Assembly (NCBI GenBank): GCA_963729715.1 | Contig: CAVSPA010000017.1 | Span: 1 to 25,909, forward strand | Origin: an uncultured delta proteobacterium | GTDB taxonomy: Bacteria > Desulfobacterota > Syntrophia > Syntrophales > UBA2185 | Direction of reading: 5' to 3' | DNA: 25,909 bases | Shown here: piece by piece, positions 17,951 through 25,909 of the stretch | How the letters are laid out: each line of letters opens with the position of its first letter | How positions within the stretch are numbered: position 1 is the stretch's first letter | Made by a program: the position numbers and the translations under genes | Notes under the pieces: model-generated | Database searches by the model: none | What the model saw: only the letters and a program-made list of their open reading frames with translations | What the model was told of the DNA's origin: nothing

Positions 17951-18008
17951 GCGGGCTCACGGCTAAGATATATATCAGGAGGGTAGGCTCAACTACCCTC
18001 CTGCCCGC
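17951..18008 (+). promoter_or_regulatory. Stem-loop structure directly upstream of the methyltransferase RBS
   Basis: Perfect 11-bp stem CAGGAGGGTAG/CTACCCTCCTG enclosed by GCGGG/CCCGC; no U-tract; followed by GAAAGGAG. Confidence 0.6.
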
Positions 18009-18028
18009 AAGAAAGGAGAAATTTAAAA

Positions 18029-19063
18029 TTGAGGTTTGCTGGCCAAGCTAAGATGGGATACTACCCGACACCCGGGCAGGTCATCCCTTTAATAGCAAGC
18101 TACTTGAAACGAGAGTGTGAAGGTTTGATCAGGGTACTTGATCCTTGCGCCGGTACCGGTGTCGCTGTGAAAAAAATCGGAGACGCCCTGCAGGCGGAAA
18201 CCTGCGGTATAGAAATCGACCAGGAACGCGGCGACTTTGCAAAGGGCATCCTGGATCGTTGTCTTGTCACCGATTACCAGAACACCAGGATCAGTCACGG
18301 GTCATTCAGCCTGCTTTGGCTCAATCCGCCTTATGACTGGGCAGCCCGTGACAATGACATCGAGAAGTCTGAACGGTATGAGAGGACATTTCTGCGCGAC
18401 TGCGTTCCATATCTCTGCCCCAGGGGGATCCTGGTTTACCTGATCCCTCAGGGACGGCTGGACGGCCGTATCGCGGGCATGCTCTCTTACCGTTTCGAGC
18501 AGATCGGCGTATATCGCTTTCCGGAAGATGCTTACAAAGCCTACCGTCAACTTGTCATCATGGGCGTATTGAAGAATATGCCTGATAAGGACGATGCCAT
18601 GGCGGAGTACCTGAAAAACTGCGGAAGCTTCAAAGTAACTGTTCCTTACCTTCCGGAAAATCCACCTCATGTTTACGAGGTCCCCCTGACACCGTCGAGA
18701 ACTGATTTTGTGTTCCGTGCCAGAGACATCGATCCACAGGAACTGGGGGAAGAAATCCAGCGCTATGGTTTGTTTGATCACATCCGGGACATAACAACAC
18801 CTTTGAGAATGACCGAGAAGATCAGACCGATCATGCCTCTGCGTCATGGGCATCTTGCCCAGATCCTGGCATGCGGCTTGATGAACGGCATTGTCTGGGA
18901 CAGGAAAAAGAAGAAGCCTCTTCTGATCAAAGGAATCACCAAAAAAGAGGTGGAGCACACGTTCGAAAGTGCGGGCAATTACGAAAAGCACATCGAAACG
19001 GACAGGATCAAGATCACCATCAATGCCTTCAACCGGCGAGGTGATATGTTTACCATCCAGTAA
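18029..19063 (+). CDS. DUF6094-type SAM-dependent N6-adenine DNA methyltransferase
   Basis: GYYPTP, VLDPCAGTG (SAM-binding), LNPPY (catalytic), RPIMPLRHGH; TTG start with RBS. Confidence 0.9.
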   Translation: MRFAGQAKMGYYPTPGQVIPLIASYLKRECEGLIRVLDPCAGTGVAVKKIGDALQAETCGIEIDQERGDFAKGILDRCLVTDYQNTRISHGSFSLLWLNPPYDWAARDNDIEKSERYERTFLRDCVPYLCPRGILVYLIPQGRLDGRIAGMLSYRFEQIGVYRFPEDAYKAYRQLVIMGVLKNMPDKDDAMAEYLKNCGSFKVTVPYLPENPPHVYEVPLTPSRTDFVFRARDIDPQELGEEIQRYGLFDHIRDITTPLRMTEKIRPIMPLRHGHLAQILACGLMNGIVWDRKKKKPLLIKGITKKEVEHTFESAGNYEKHIETDRIKITINAFNRRGDMFTIQ

Positions 19064-19188
19064 CAAACACCATTATAAAACAGAAAGAATAGAATAGAAA
19101 AAACAGAAAGGAGGCATCGGATACGCTCTATTGTATACGTGCCACAGGCATCAAAGCATATTGTTCGGACTTAATCGTCGACCAGGAC

Positions 19189-19737
19189 ATGGAAACAGTC
19201 TGTTTCATGTCTGTATGCGGTTACCAGGTTGCGGTAAAAGGGATTATCGCCAATTTTTTGGGGAATAAAGGCATTGCCCTGGATGTTGATGGCGTTGCTC
19301 ATTACCTCAAGTGTTCACATACGAGCTACAAGGTCCAGATGAAGAAACTTCCATCCGGCCTGGTTCATGCCGTGCTAATCCTTAAGCTGGCTCTTCCTTC
19401 AAACACAAACAACGACGGAAAGCAGAACCGCTTTCTTGTCATCACAAAAGACGATCGGGATATCCGTCCCCTCTTCTTCCGGCACCTCGATGAGATAACA
19501 GAGATCCCCCTGCATCCTTCATGGACAGGCTGGCTCTGGAATGCATTCAAAGAGCAGGAAGACTGGTTAACAGAACAGCAGACCCTGGCGGGCGACTTCA
19601 AAGGTTACCTCTTTGATTTTCATCCGACAAATCTTCAGGACCTCATATCAGGGGCCATCAGGAGAAAAGTGCCGGAGATCGTGAAGTGCATGAAATATAA
19701 CGGAGGAAACGGCGATGGAACAAGCAATCGCGCTTAG
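19189..19737 (+). CDS. Conserved hypothetical protein between the methyltransferase and the helicase; true start probably about 19116
   Basis: The frame is open upstream (DTLYCIRATGIKAYCSDLIVDQD) back to an AAGGAGG followed by ATCGGAT, possibly a corrupted ATG-GAT. PLHPSWTGWLW motif. Confidence 0.75.
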   Translation: METVCFMSVCGYQVAVKGIIANFLGNKGIALDVDGVAHYLKCSHTSYKVQMKKLPSGLVHAVLILKLALPSNTNNDGKQNRFLVITKDDRDIRPLFFRHLDEITEIPLHPSWTGWLWNAFKEQEDWLTEQQTLAGDFKGYLFDFHPTNLQDLISGAIRRKVPEIVKCMKYNGGNGDGTSNRA

Positions 19738-22023
19738 GGACTTCTTGAACGAGTACGGGGAAAGCATGGCCGAAAAAGTTACAAAGGAATTGACGGTCAT
19801 TCATGACCCGGCAGTAGATAAGGAAGAGGCTATAGCCGAGCTTCTTGCCGACATGACAAAAGTGCCTTTCCCTTCCCAGGCGGAGATAATCAAGGCTTGC
19901 TACAAGTCATTAATAGCGGGTAACAAAGCCAATTACGTCGTCTGTGAAATGGGGACTGGGCAAGACCCTGCAATCTATCGCTGTTGCTCATATTCTCCAT
20001 AAGATGAAAGGCAGTCGCAGGGTGCTGGTTATCTGCCCGCCCCACCTGGTGCTGAAATGGATCGATGAAATCAAAAACAGCCTCCCTGAAGCGAAGGCTT
20101 ATAACTTCAACGGCAGGGATGTCATCACGCGGCTTAAGGATCTGAGAAGACAGCCCCGGCCTGCACGGCTGGAGTTCTACGTCATGGGACGTGAACGGGC
20201 CAAAACCGGCTTTCTCTGGAGGCCTGCGGTAGTGAGAAGGCGGGGAAAATACTTCTGCCCGAAATGCGGCCAGGAATTGCTCGATAAAGACGGGTATCCG
20301 GTACCGGTCTTTGAAAAGAACACTCAAGGACGATACAAGAAACGCTATGCCTGTGAAAACAGGATATGGAAATGGCGTTACGACCCGGACACCCACCGGC
20401 ATTACGAGCATCCTGCCGTCTGCAACGAGCAGCTCTGGCAGCCGGATATCGAACAGAAACAGTACCGCAAGGCGATACCGGCGAAATTCATCAAGACAAA
20501 GATGAAGGGATTTTTTGATCTCCTTGTCACCGATGAGATCCATCAGTTTAAAAACGAATCCGGCCAGGGATATGCCTTCGGCGCTCTGGCATGCGCCTGC
20601 CGATACGTCCTCTGTCTGACCGGCACTCTTGCCGGCGGTTATGCCTCGGATGTGTACTATCTGCTTTTCCGTACCCACCCGCAGCTCATGATCGAGGATA
20701 AGCATACATGGGGCAATCCCAAGGCGTTCATCGAACGCTACGGTGTTTTGGAAAAGATCACCACGGTGAAAGAAGAGGACGGCTCGACTACGATGGCGAA
20801 GCGACGCACTTCCATCAGGGAAAAACCGGGGATCAGCCCGTTGTTGCTGGGCAGAATGCTTCTGTCCAACGCGGTATTCATGAGGTTGTCGGACTGCATC
20901 GAGTATCTGCAGCCCTATGAAGAGGACGTGATCGAGCTCGCCATGCATCCCCGGATGGCCGAGTATTACAGGGATTTCGAGCATACCCTGAAAGACGCTC
21001 TGAGAGAAGCCCTGAACAAGGGAGACAATTCCCTGCTGGGTGCTTATCTCCATGCCCTTCTTTCCTATCCGGAAAGGATTTATCAGGGTCTGGAGGTCGT
21101 TCATCCCCATACAAAGGAACTGGTGGCCTACGGCCCTCCCCTGGAAGGCGAGATGCCCAAGGAGCAGGAATTGATTTCGATCATCAAGCGGGAACTGTCA
21201 GAGGGAAGGAAGGTGCTTGTATATATCCAGAACTCTGATACCACGGATATCAGCCCGAGGCTGGTCCCGATGATGGAAAAGGAACGGATCAAGGTTAAAG
21301 TGCTCCGTTCCGGCGATACGGAAGGCAGGGCAAGGATAATCGACAACTGGGTGAAAAACGGCATGGACGTCCTCATCACGAATCCTAAAAAAGTTGAGGT
21401 GGGGATGGACCTGATAGATTTTCCGACCATCATTTTTTATCAACTGCCTTTCAGCACCTATACTCTCAGACAGGCTTCCCGGAGATCCTGGCGGATTACC
21501 CAGGAAAGGCCGGTGAAGGTGTATTTTCTGGCCTATGCGGAGACCATGCAGACCCGACTTATGCAGCTCATGGCGGACAAGCTGACAACCAGCCTCGCAA
21601 TCGAAGGTGAACTCAGCGACAAGGGCCTTGCGGCATTATCGGAAACTTCCGACAGCATGGCTAAGGAATTGGCTAAATGCCTTGTTGAAAACTCCGGAGA
21701 TAACAGAAGCCTGAAGGACATCTGGGCGGATTACCGGAAGAAAGAAGTCTATCTCGGAATTAAAGATTGCGACGCTCGTGAAGGACCCGTTGCCTAAACA
21801 AAAGCCCCTATCCCGAGAAGAGAGGCAAAATCCAACACCTGAAATCGGTAAGGCGAGCTGCGAAATCGAGCAGATCGGCGATACTGTTGTAAAAGTCGAA
21901 TTTGTTGAATACATCGGGAGAAGGAAAAAGAAGGTGACGCATATAGAAGTCAAGCATTCCGAGATCGATCAGGCCATCGAACAGTCAGGTCATCGTGGTA
22001 TGGTTCAATTCACAATGTTCTGA
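19715..22023 (+). CDS. SNF2-like/DExH superfamily 2 helicase with Zn-ribbon insert; two +1 frameshifts (about 19960 and 21790)
   Basis: PFPSQ, EMGTG|KT Walker A split by an extra G, DEIH, LTGT, VGMDL, RQASRRSWR. Removing one T at 21790 (absent in the 22177 copy) joins the last ORF. Confidence 0.85.
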
Positions 22024-22176
22024 AATAAAGGACAGGCAAAAAACAACATCGAGGATGTAAAGCCATCCTCAAAGCGCGTCGGGGTCGTGTGGGCCCACGT
22101 CGCGCACTATATCATTTAACTTGAATATCATTTAACTTCTTAGGAGGGCAGCGAAAGCTTCCCTCCTTTTTTTATT
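21783..22176 (+). repeat. ~390-bp tandem repeat unit 1 (helicase 3' end, non-coding structure, terminator)
   Basis: GGACCCG...TTTTTTTATT is repeated immediately downstream. Confidence 0.95.
22143..22173 (+). terminator. Rho-independent terminator, copy 1
   Basis: GGAGGG-C-AGC GAAA GCT-T-CCCTCC followed by T7. Confidence 0.85.
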
Positions 22177-22556
22177 GGACCCGTGCCTAAACAAAAGCCC
22201 CTATCCCGAGAAGAAAGGCAAAATCCAACACCTGAAATCGGTAAGGCCAGCTGCGAAATCGACAGGTACGGCGATATACTGTTATAAAGGTTGAATTTGT
22301 TGAATACATCGGGAGAAGGAAAAGAAGGTGACGATAGAGCAGTTAGGCATTCTGATATTGATCAGGCCATTGAACAGTCAGGTCATCGTGCAATGGTCCA
22401 ATTCACAACGTCTAAAACAAAAAAATAACATCGAGGGCGCAAAGCCATCCTCAAAGCGCGTCGGGGTCGTGTGGGCCCACGTCGCGCACTATATCATTTA
22501 ACTTGAATATCATTTAACTTCTTAGGAGGGCAGCGAAGCTTCCTCCTTTTTTTATT
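22177..22556 (+). repeat. ~380-bp tandem repeat unit 2 (diverged helicase 3' relic with conserved non-coding part)
   Basis: Aligns with 21783-22176; the coding part has many substitutions and indels. Confidence 0.95.
22525..22553 (+). terminator. Rho-independent terminator, copy 2
   Basis: GGAGG...CCTCC followed by T7. Confidence 0.8.
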
Positions 22557-22706
22557 TTCTCAGGAAAATTGTCAAGAAATGGCGCACGGATGTTATCTTC
22601 AGTTAATATTCTGGAACACCCATCCTTTTCTCCTCACTTTAGGGAATTGTTATCACAAACAAACGGCATGCAATACTTGGAGTAACTGAAGATTATCAGA
22701 TAGAAA

Positions 22707-22769
22707 TCATGACATCAAGATCAGCCAGAGTCGGATTTATCGGCGATTGGTTGGGTCACGTTGTTAGCT
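22707..22769 (-). other. Integron attC site (partly degenerate) closing the UDG-like cassette
   Basis: Minus strand reads AGCTAAC-AACGT-GACCCAAC-CAATCGCCGATAAATCCGACTCTG-GCTGATC-TTGAT-GTCATGA: R'' box 5 nt after the stop, 5-bp spacers, and R' with GTT changed to GTC. Confidence 0.65.
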
Positions 22770-22774
22770 CCAAC

Positions 22775-23520
22775 CTATTCATATGTTGCATAAACGGTAA
22801 TAGGTTCTAAAATCTCAAGGTGCTCATCAGTAGATAGATGTGCATTAGGTTGATCGACAACAGAATAGTTACCGCTTGTCATATTTTTCACATCTACCTC
22901 TACAACTCGTGCCACTCCTTTACCTACTATAATCACAGTGTTGACATGCGTTTTCTCCACTACGTTTTTCGTGTAGTTCGACCAAGAAGTTCTGATGGCC
23001 TTTGACATCACAATATTATTCGGTTTCTTCCCGCTGGCGTATAGAGCACAAATACATGCATCAACAAGCCACACACCCCTCTCTTTCAAGGTCATCAGCA
23101 GTCCTACTCGTTTAAGATCCGCTCCTTCAGTGTAGTTCTTGATTTGAGAATGGATGCGAAATCAGCGTTTGAGTTCACAAATTTGATACAACTTAAAAAA
23201 ATCTTCCAAAACTGTGGCGTTCCATCTTGCTCTGGGTGGTTAGAGTTTTTCGTAAGACCACTTTCTCCGTATCCGAGACAATAGACGAACTTTGCGTATT
23301 CTCTCGGGTATCCGGTGAGACTTGAAATTGGGGGGATACCAATCTTTCTGTCCTGATCTGTCGTAAAGACGTGTGATTCGGCGAGAAGAATGACCTTTAC
23401 TTTCTCGGGATTTCCAGGAACTGTTCGATATTTTTCAACAAGTCGTACGGACTCAAAGGACTCTATGCCGTTACCGAGAATATCTTTCATTTTGTTATAG
23501 CAGTATCGCAAGTCGTTCAT
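22775..23520 (-). CDS. Uracil-DNA-glycosylase-superfamily-like protein, split by one frameshift at about 23105
   Basis: ORFs 23104-23520 and 22775-23095 are contiguous; motifs KVKVILLAESH, GVWLVDA, VIIVGKGV and QPNAH. Confidence 0.6.
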
Positions 23521-23529
23521 ACTTTTTAG

Positions 23530-23586
23530 AGCTAACGCCGAGGCTGAGGCGCGCTGTCAAGCGTCACCTCCAGCCGGTTGATCCAC
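23530..23586 (-). other. Integron attC site (R'' degenerate) preceding the UDG-like gene
   Basis: Minus strand reads ...AACCG-GCTGGAGGTGACGC-TTGACA-GCGCGCCTCAGC-CTCGGC-GTTAGCT: a hairpin with two extrahelical bases and a GTT-containing R' box 9 nt before the next ATG. Confidence 0.75.
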
Positions 23587-23600
23587 TTTCCTCAGGTGTT

Positions 23601-24348
23601 TTATTGAATTTCAGACACTGGCCGTAGAAAAATGCCTAACTGGTCTGCCCCTGGGGCCCGCTCGGCAAGAAATACAATGAGATCCTCCCAACTGATTGCT
23701 CTGATGTCCAGTCGTTCGTGCACTGGGAGGAACCATTCCGAAAACCACTTATCTCGTTTGCCTCCATATTCTCTAACTCTCCGTTCAACCACGCTTCGCA
23801 ACGAATCCTTGGACAAGTGTTCATCGAACAAGCGCTGCCGTATCTGGCTAGCTGGAGCCAAGACGTAGAATCCGAGAGCTGTGAATTCTGTCGCCGGGCT
23901 CAGCACGCTTCAGGATTTCCGCGATACATGCTACATTGCGTGCGGCTTGGTTGAAATAAGAGGGCATTCTTAACGCCTGCCGATAACTTGCTGAACATCT
24001 TCGCTTCAAGAACCACGAAATGCTTCGCGTCTGAGTGAAGAGTTCAGGTTCCCTTTAGCACCTTTTCCGATGCCGAAATGACCGATGACGCCATCCGCGT
24101 GCGTCCATGATTCAGCTCGAGAGTCCCCCCTTAACTCCGGGAGAAATGCCGATGGAAGTAGTGCCTCGGAATACCATCTGCACCCCTCCGGGAACAGCCA
24201 GCAGGTCGGCTCGTTCTCCAGATCAAGCGATGCATCGGTCCACCGTCAGCCTGAGCATCCAGCCTTCATTGTAGAGTTGCGTTGGCGGTATGACCGGGAA
24301 CTCTGTCTCGCAACTCTTGAGAAGTGATTCAATCCGCTTGAATATCAT
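23601..24348 (-). pseudogene. Multiply frameshifted hypothetical protein with a PD-(D/E)XK-like motif
   Basis: Stitched reading MIFKRIESLL...PPTQLYNEGWMLRL...WYSEALLPSAF...THADGVIGHF...VVLEAKMFSKLS...NQAARNVACIAE; at least 5 frame changes. Confidence 0.65.
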
Positions 24349-24406
24349 TTCAATTGCCTTTCGCTCATCACTGAGCTTAAGGATGGCCCCCTAAAATTTT
24401 TTCTGC

Positions 24407-24656
24407 CTACCCATCTTTTATTGCCTTCAGTTTCTTCTCTCTGGGTAAACGCTTGATCCTGTATTCCAACCGAAAAGCGTCTTCTTTCTCAATCACTCGA
24501 CTTGTGGCCAACAGCGTTACGGGCAATCTCGCACGGGTAAATTTGAAGCATTTCCTTCATTGTGGGCTTCTAATCTCTTCTCTAAATCATTCGTAACTCC
24601 CGTGAAATTTTCCCATCAGAACAACAGACAAGATATACAATCCATGATTTGCTCAT
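24407..24656 (-). CDS. GIY-YIG nuclease (YhbQ/UPF0213-like), frameshifted
   Basis: MSKSWIVYLVCCSDGKI|TGVTNDLEKRLEAHNEG...TRARLPV...AFRLEYRIKRLPREKK; two apparent single-base losses. Confidence 0.8.
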
Positions 24657-24684
24657 AAGGAAGTCGGGTAATCCGGTTGTTTTA

Positions 24685-24959
24685 TCAAAGCTCATTTCTC
24701 AGCTTCGTCGAACTCTTGAACGTCACCACTCTTCTGGCAGCAATGGTCATATCTTCTCCGGTCTTAGGGTTTCTGCCGACTCTCGCATTCTTCTTTTTGA
24801 CAGACCATTTACCGAATTCCGGAATCAAAACCTCGTTGCCTTTGGAAACTTCTTCTTTGATGATGTCAATAACACTTTCGACGATAGGGACGATTCTTTC
24901 TTGGTAAATTCCAGTTTTTCATAGAGCAAATCAGCTATTTCTTTTGTTCTTAATGCCAT
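24685..24959 (-). CDS. ihfA: Integration host factor/HU family subunit (alpha-like), one apparent -1 indel
   Basis: MALRTKEIADLLYEKL...IPEFGKWSVKKKNARVGRNPKTGEDMTIAARRVVTFKSS; GAGGT RBS. Confidence 0.85.
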
Positions 24960-24987
24960 ATCGTTTTACCTCTTGATTCGTATAATT

Positions 24988-25909
24988 CTATTTCTTTTCT
25001 TTAATTCCAGCCATTTCCATAGCATCTTTTTTGAATTTATCTATATTTTGCATGAGCGATTGCTGGATGAAAATCTTCTGGGCCTGAGGCGATCCTGCGC
25101 CATGCGTTGATTCCATAGGAACAACTGAGCCCTGTCCAGTTAGATACTCAATAAGCCTCATCATCCTGATACGATTTTCCGTTGGAACCCCCTCTTTGGC
25201 TTTGAAATATTTCTCCACAAACTTGCCAATCTGATCGTTTTTTAAATCCTTGGCAGTAGGGACAGTGCAGCAAGACCACCGGCAATATCACCCGTGATGT
25301 AATTCCCGTTCCAGATCGCGTTGACGCCCTGAAGCTTGGCGATGTTGATATATAGGGGGTCGGGGAAGAATACACCTGAAGGGCTCTTTCGTGCGCTATA
25401 AACGGCCGCCAGGGCGCAACCGGCGGAAAGCTCACTCTGGAAGTAAAGATCCGTCAACTTATCGCGGATGTGTTTGGCATTGCCTGAACCATTATAGTCA
25501 GCAACAGTCGCGGCAGCGCCGATAAGAAGATCTCTATGACCTGTCTTGCATCCGGAAGTGGCTAATCTTTGCAAAAGGGCAAAGTAATTCACGTAACTAC
25601 CGGCATACTTGCTCTCACCACATAGAAACACCCGGTCCCAGGGGACAAAAACATCATCGAAGATCAAATGGGTCGACCCATGTGCGCCGTACTTGGCATT
25701 CCCATAATCCATCTCATCGCCAATAAACCTTCTCGCATTGGAGGCAGGAGCTTCCGCTATGTGAAGTAATCCAGGTGTGTCAGATGGCACGGCAAAGCAG
25801 ACAGCATATTCCTCTTCTCCCTGTTTCAGGGCGGTACAGGGTAAAACTACAACCTCGTCAGCAATGACCGCGCCGGAAATACTTGATTTGGCTCCTCTGA
25901 CGACAATCC
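24988..25909 (-). CDS. 4-hydroxyphenylacetate 3-hydroxylase / 4-hydroxybutyryl-CoA dehydratase family protein, 5'-partial, one apparent indel at about 25270
   Basis: FDDVFVPWDRVFL, DIAGGL, ENRIRMMRLIE and HGAGSPQAQ motifs. Confidence 0.9.

Larger units (their letters stand above)
1..22556 (+). mobile_element. Early/leading region of an integrated mobile element (ICE, plasmid or prophage-like); left end outside the window
   Basis: About 22 kb of co-oriented, often stop/start-overlapping small genes including DUF932, LPD28, SSB, ArdC-like, methyltransferase and SNF2 helicase. It ends at a duplicated terminator where gene orientation switches. No integrase or structural genes seen. Confidence 0.7.

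Noticed and set aside
19950..19970. Programmed frameshift in the helicase
   Set aside because: No slippery heptamer; an extra G in a short run within Walker A fits the general indel-error pattern.
18302..21110. Long minus-strand ORFs (254 aa and 406 aa)
   Set aside because: Antisense shadows of the methyltransferase and helicase, with no recognisable motifs.
22030..22075. c-di-GMP-I riboswitch (GGCAAA...GCAAAGCC-like words)
   Set aside because: No GNRA-capped P2 or P3 stem, the motifs are not both kept in either copy, and there is no downstream gene to regulate.
21783..22556. Diversity-generating retroelement VR/TR pair at the helicase 3' end
   Set aside because: Differences are not adenine-specific, include indels and are often synonymous; no reverse transcriptase in the window.
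22595..22693. 11-bp inverted repeat ATCTTCAGTTA/TAACTGAAGAT as a MITE
   Set aside because: Single copy, no target-site duplication, and a short AT-rich match.
24338..24350. TTGAATATCATTT matching the terminal direct repeat, as a possible att partner
   Set aside because: A short AT-rich match overlapping a start codon; expected by chance in 26 kb.
24649..24924. Plus-strand ORFs of 91 aa and 76 aa
   Set aside because: Antisense to the clearly recognisable IHF/HU gene.

Overview
Bases 1 to about 22,560 are a run of roughly 45 tightly packed, co-oriented (+ strand) genes typical of the early or leading region of an ICE, plasmid or prophage, probably from an anaerobic deltaproteobacterium-like host (inference). 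Recognisable products are DUF932, LPD28, two PD-(D/E)XK/Cas4-like nucleases (one apparently catalytically dead), DUF6573, a DUF6745 gene plus its His-rich partner, SSB, a Gp3-like/RDF-family protein, an HTH/Zn-finger protein, an ArdC-like protein, a DUF6094-type N6-adenine methyltransferase and a SNF2-like helicase. No integrase, virion or conjugation genes are visible. A 4.29-kb block is tandemly duplicated (8086-12377 and 12377-16666), and the copies differ mostly at synonymous sites. The same short sequence (codons LxHMELEER) flanks the DUF6745 insertion and forms the duplication junction. The last ~390 bp of the element (helicase 3' end, a conserved non-coding structure and a terminator) is also duplicated. 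From about 22,700 the genes are on the - strand: an integron-type gene cassette (UDG-like gene between two attC sites, no intI in view), a frameshifted PD-(D/E)XK-like gene, a GIY-YIG nuclease, an IHF/HU subunit and the 3' part of a 4-hydroxyphenylacetate 3-hydroxylase/4-hydroxybutyryl-CoA dehydratase family gene. Single-base indels in normally conserved genes suggest imperfectly polished long-read sequence, so many frameshifts may be artefacts. All family calls are from motif recognition by eye, not database searches.
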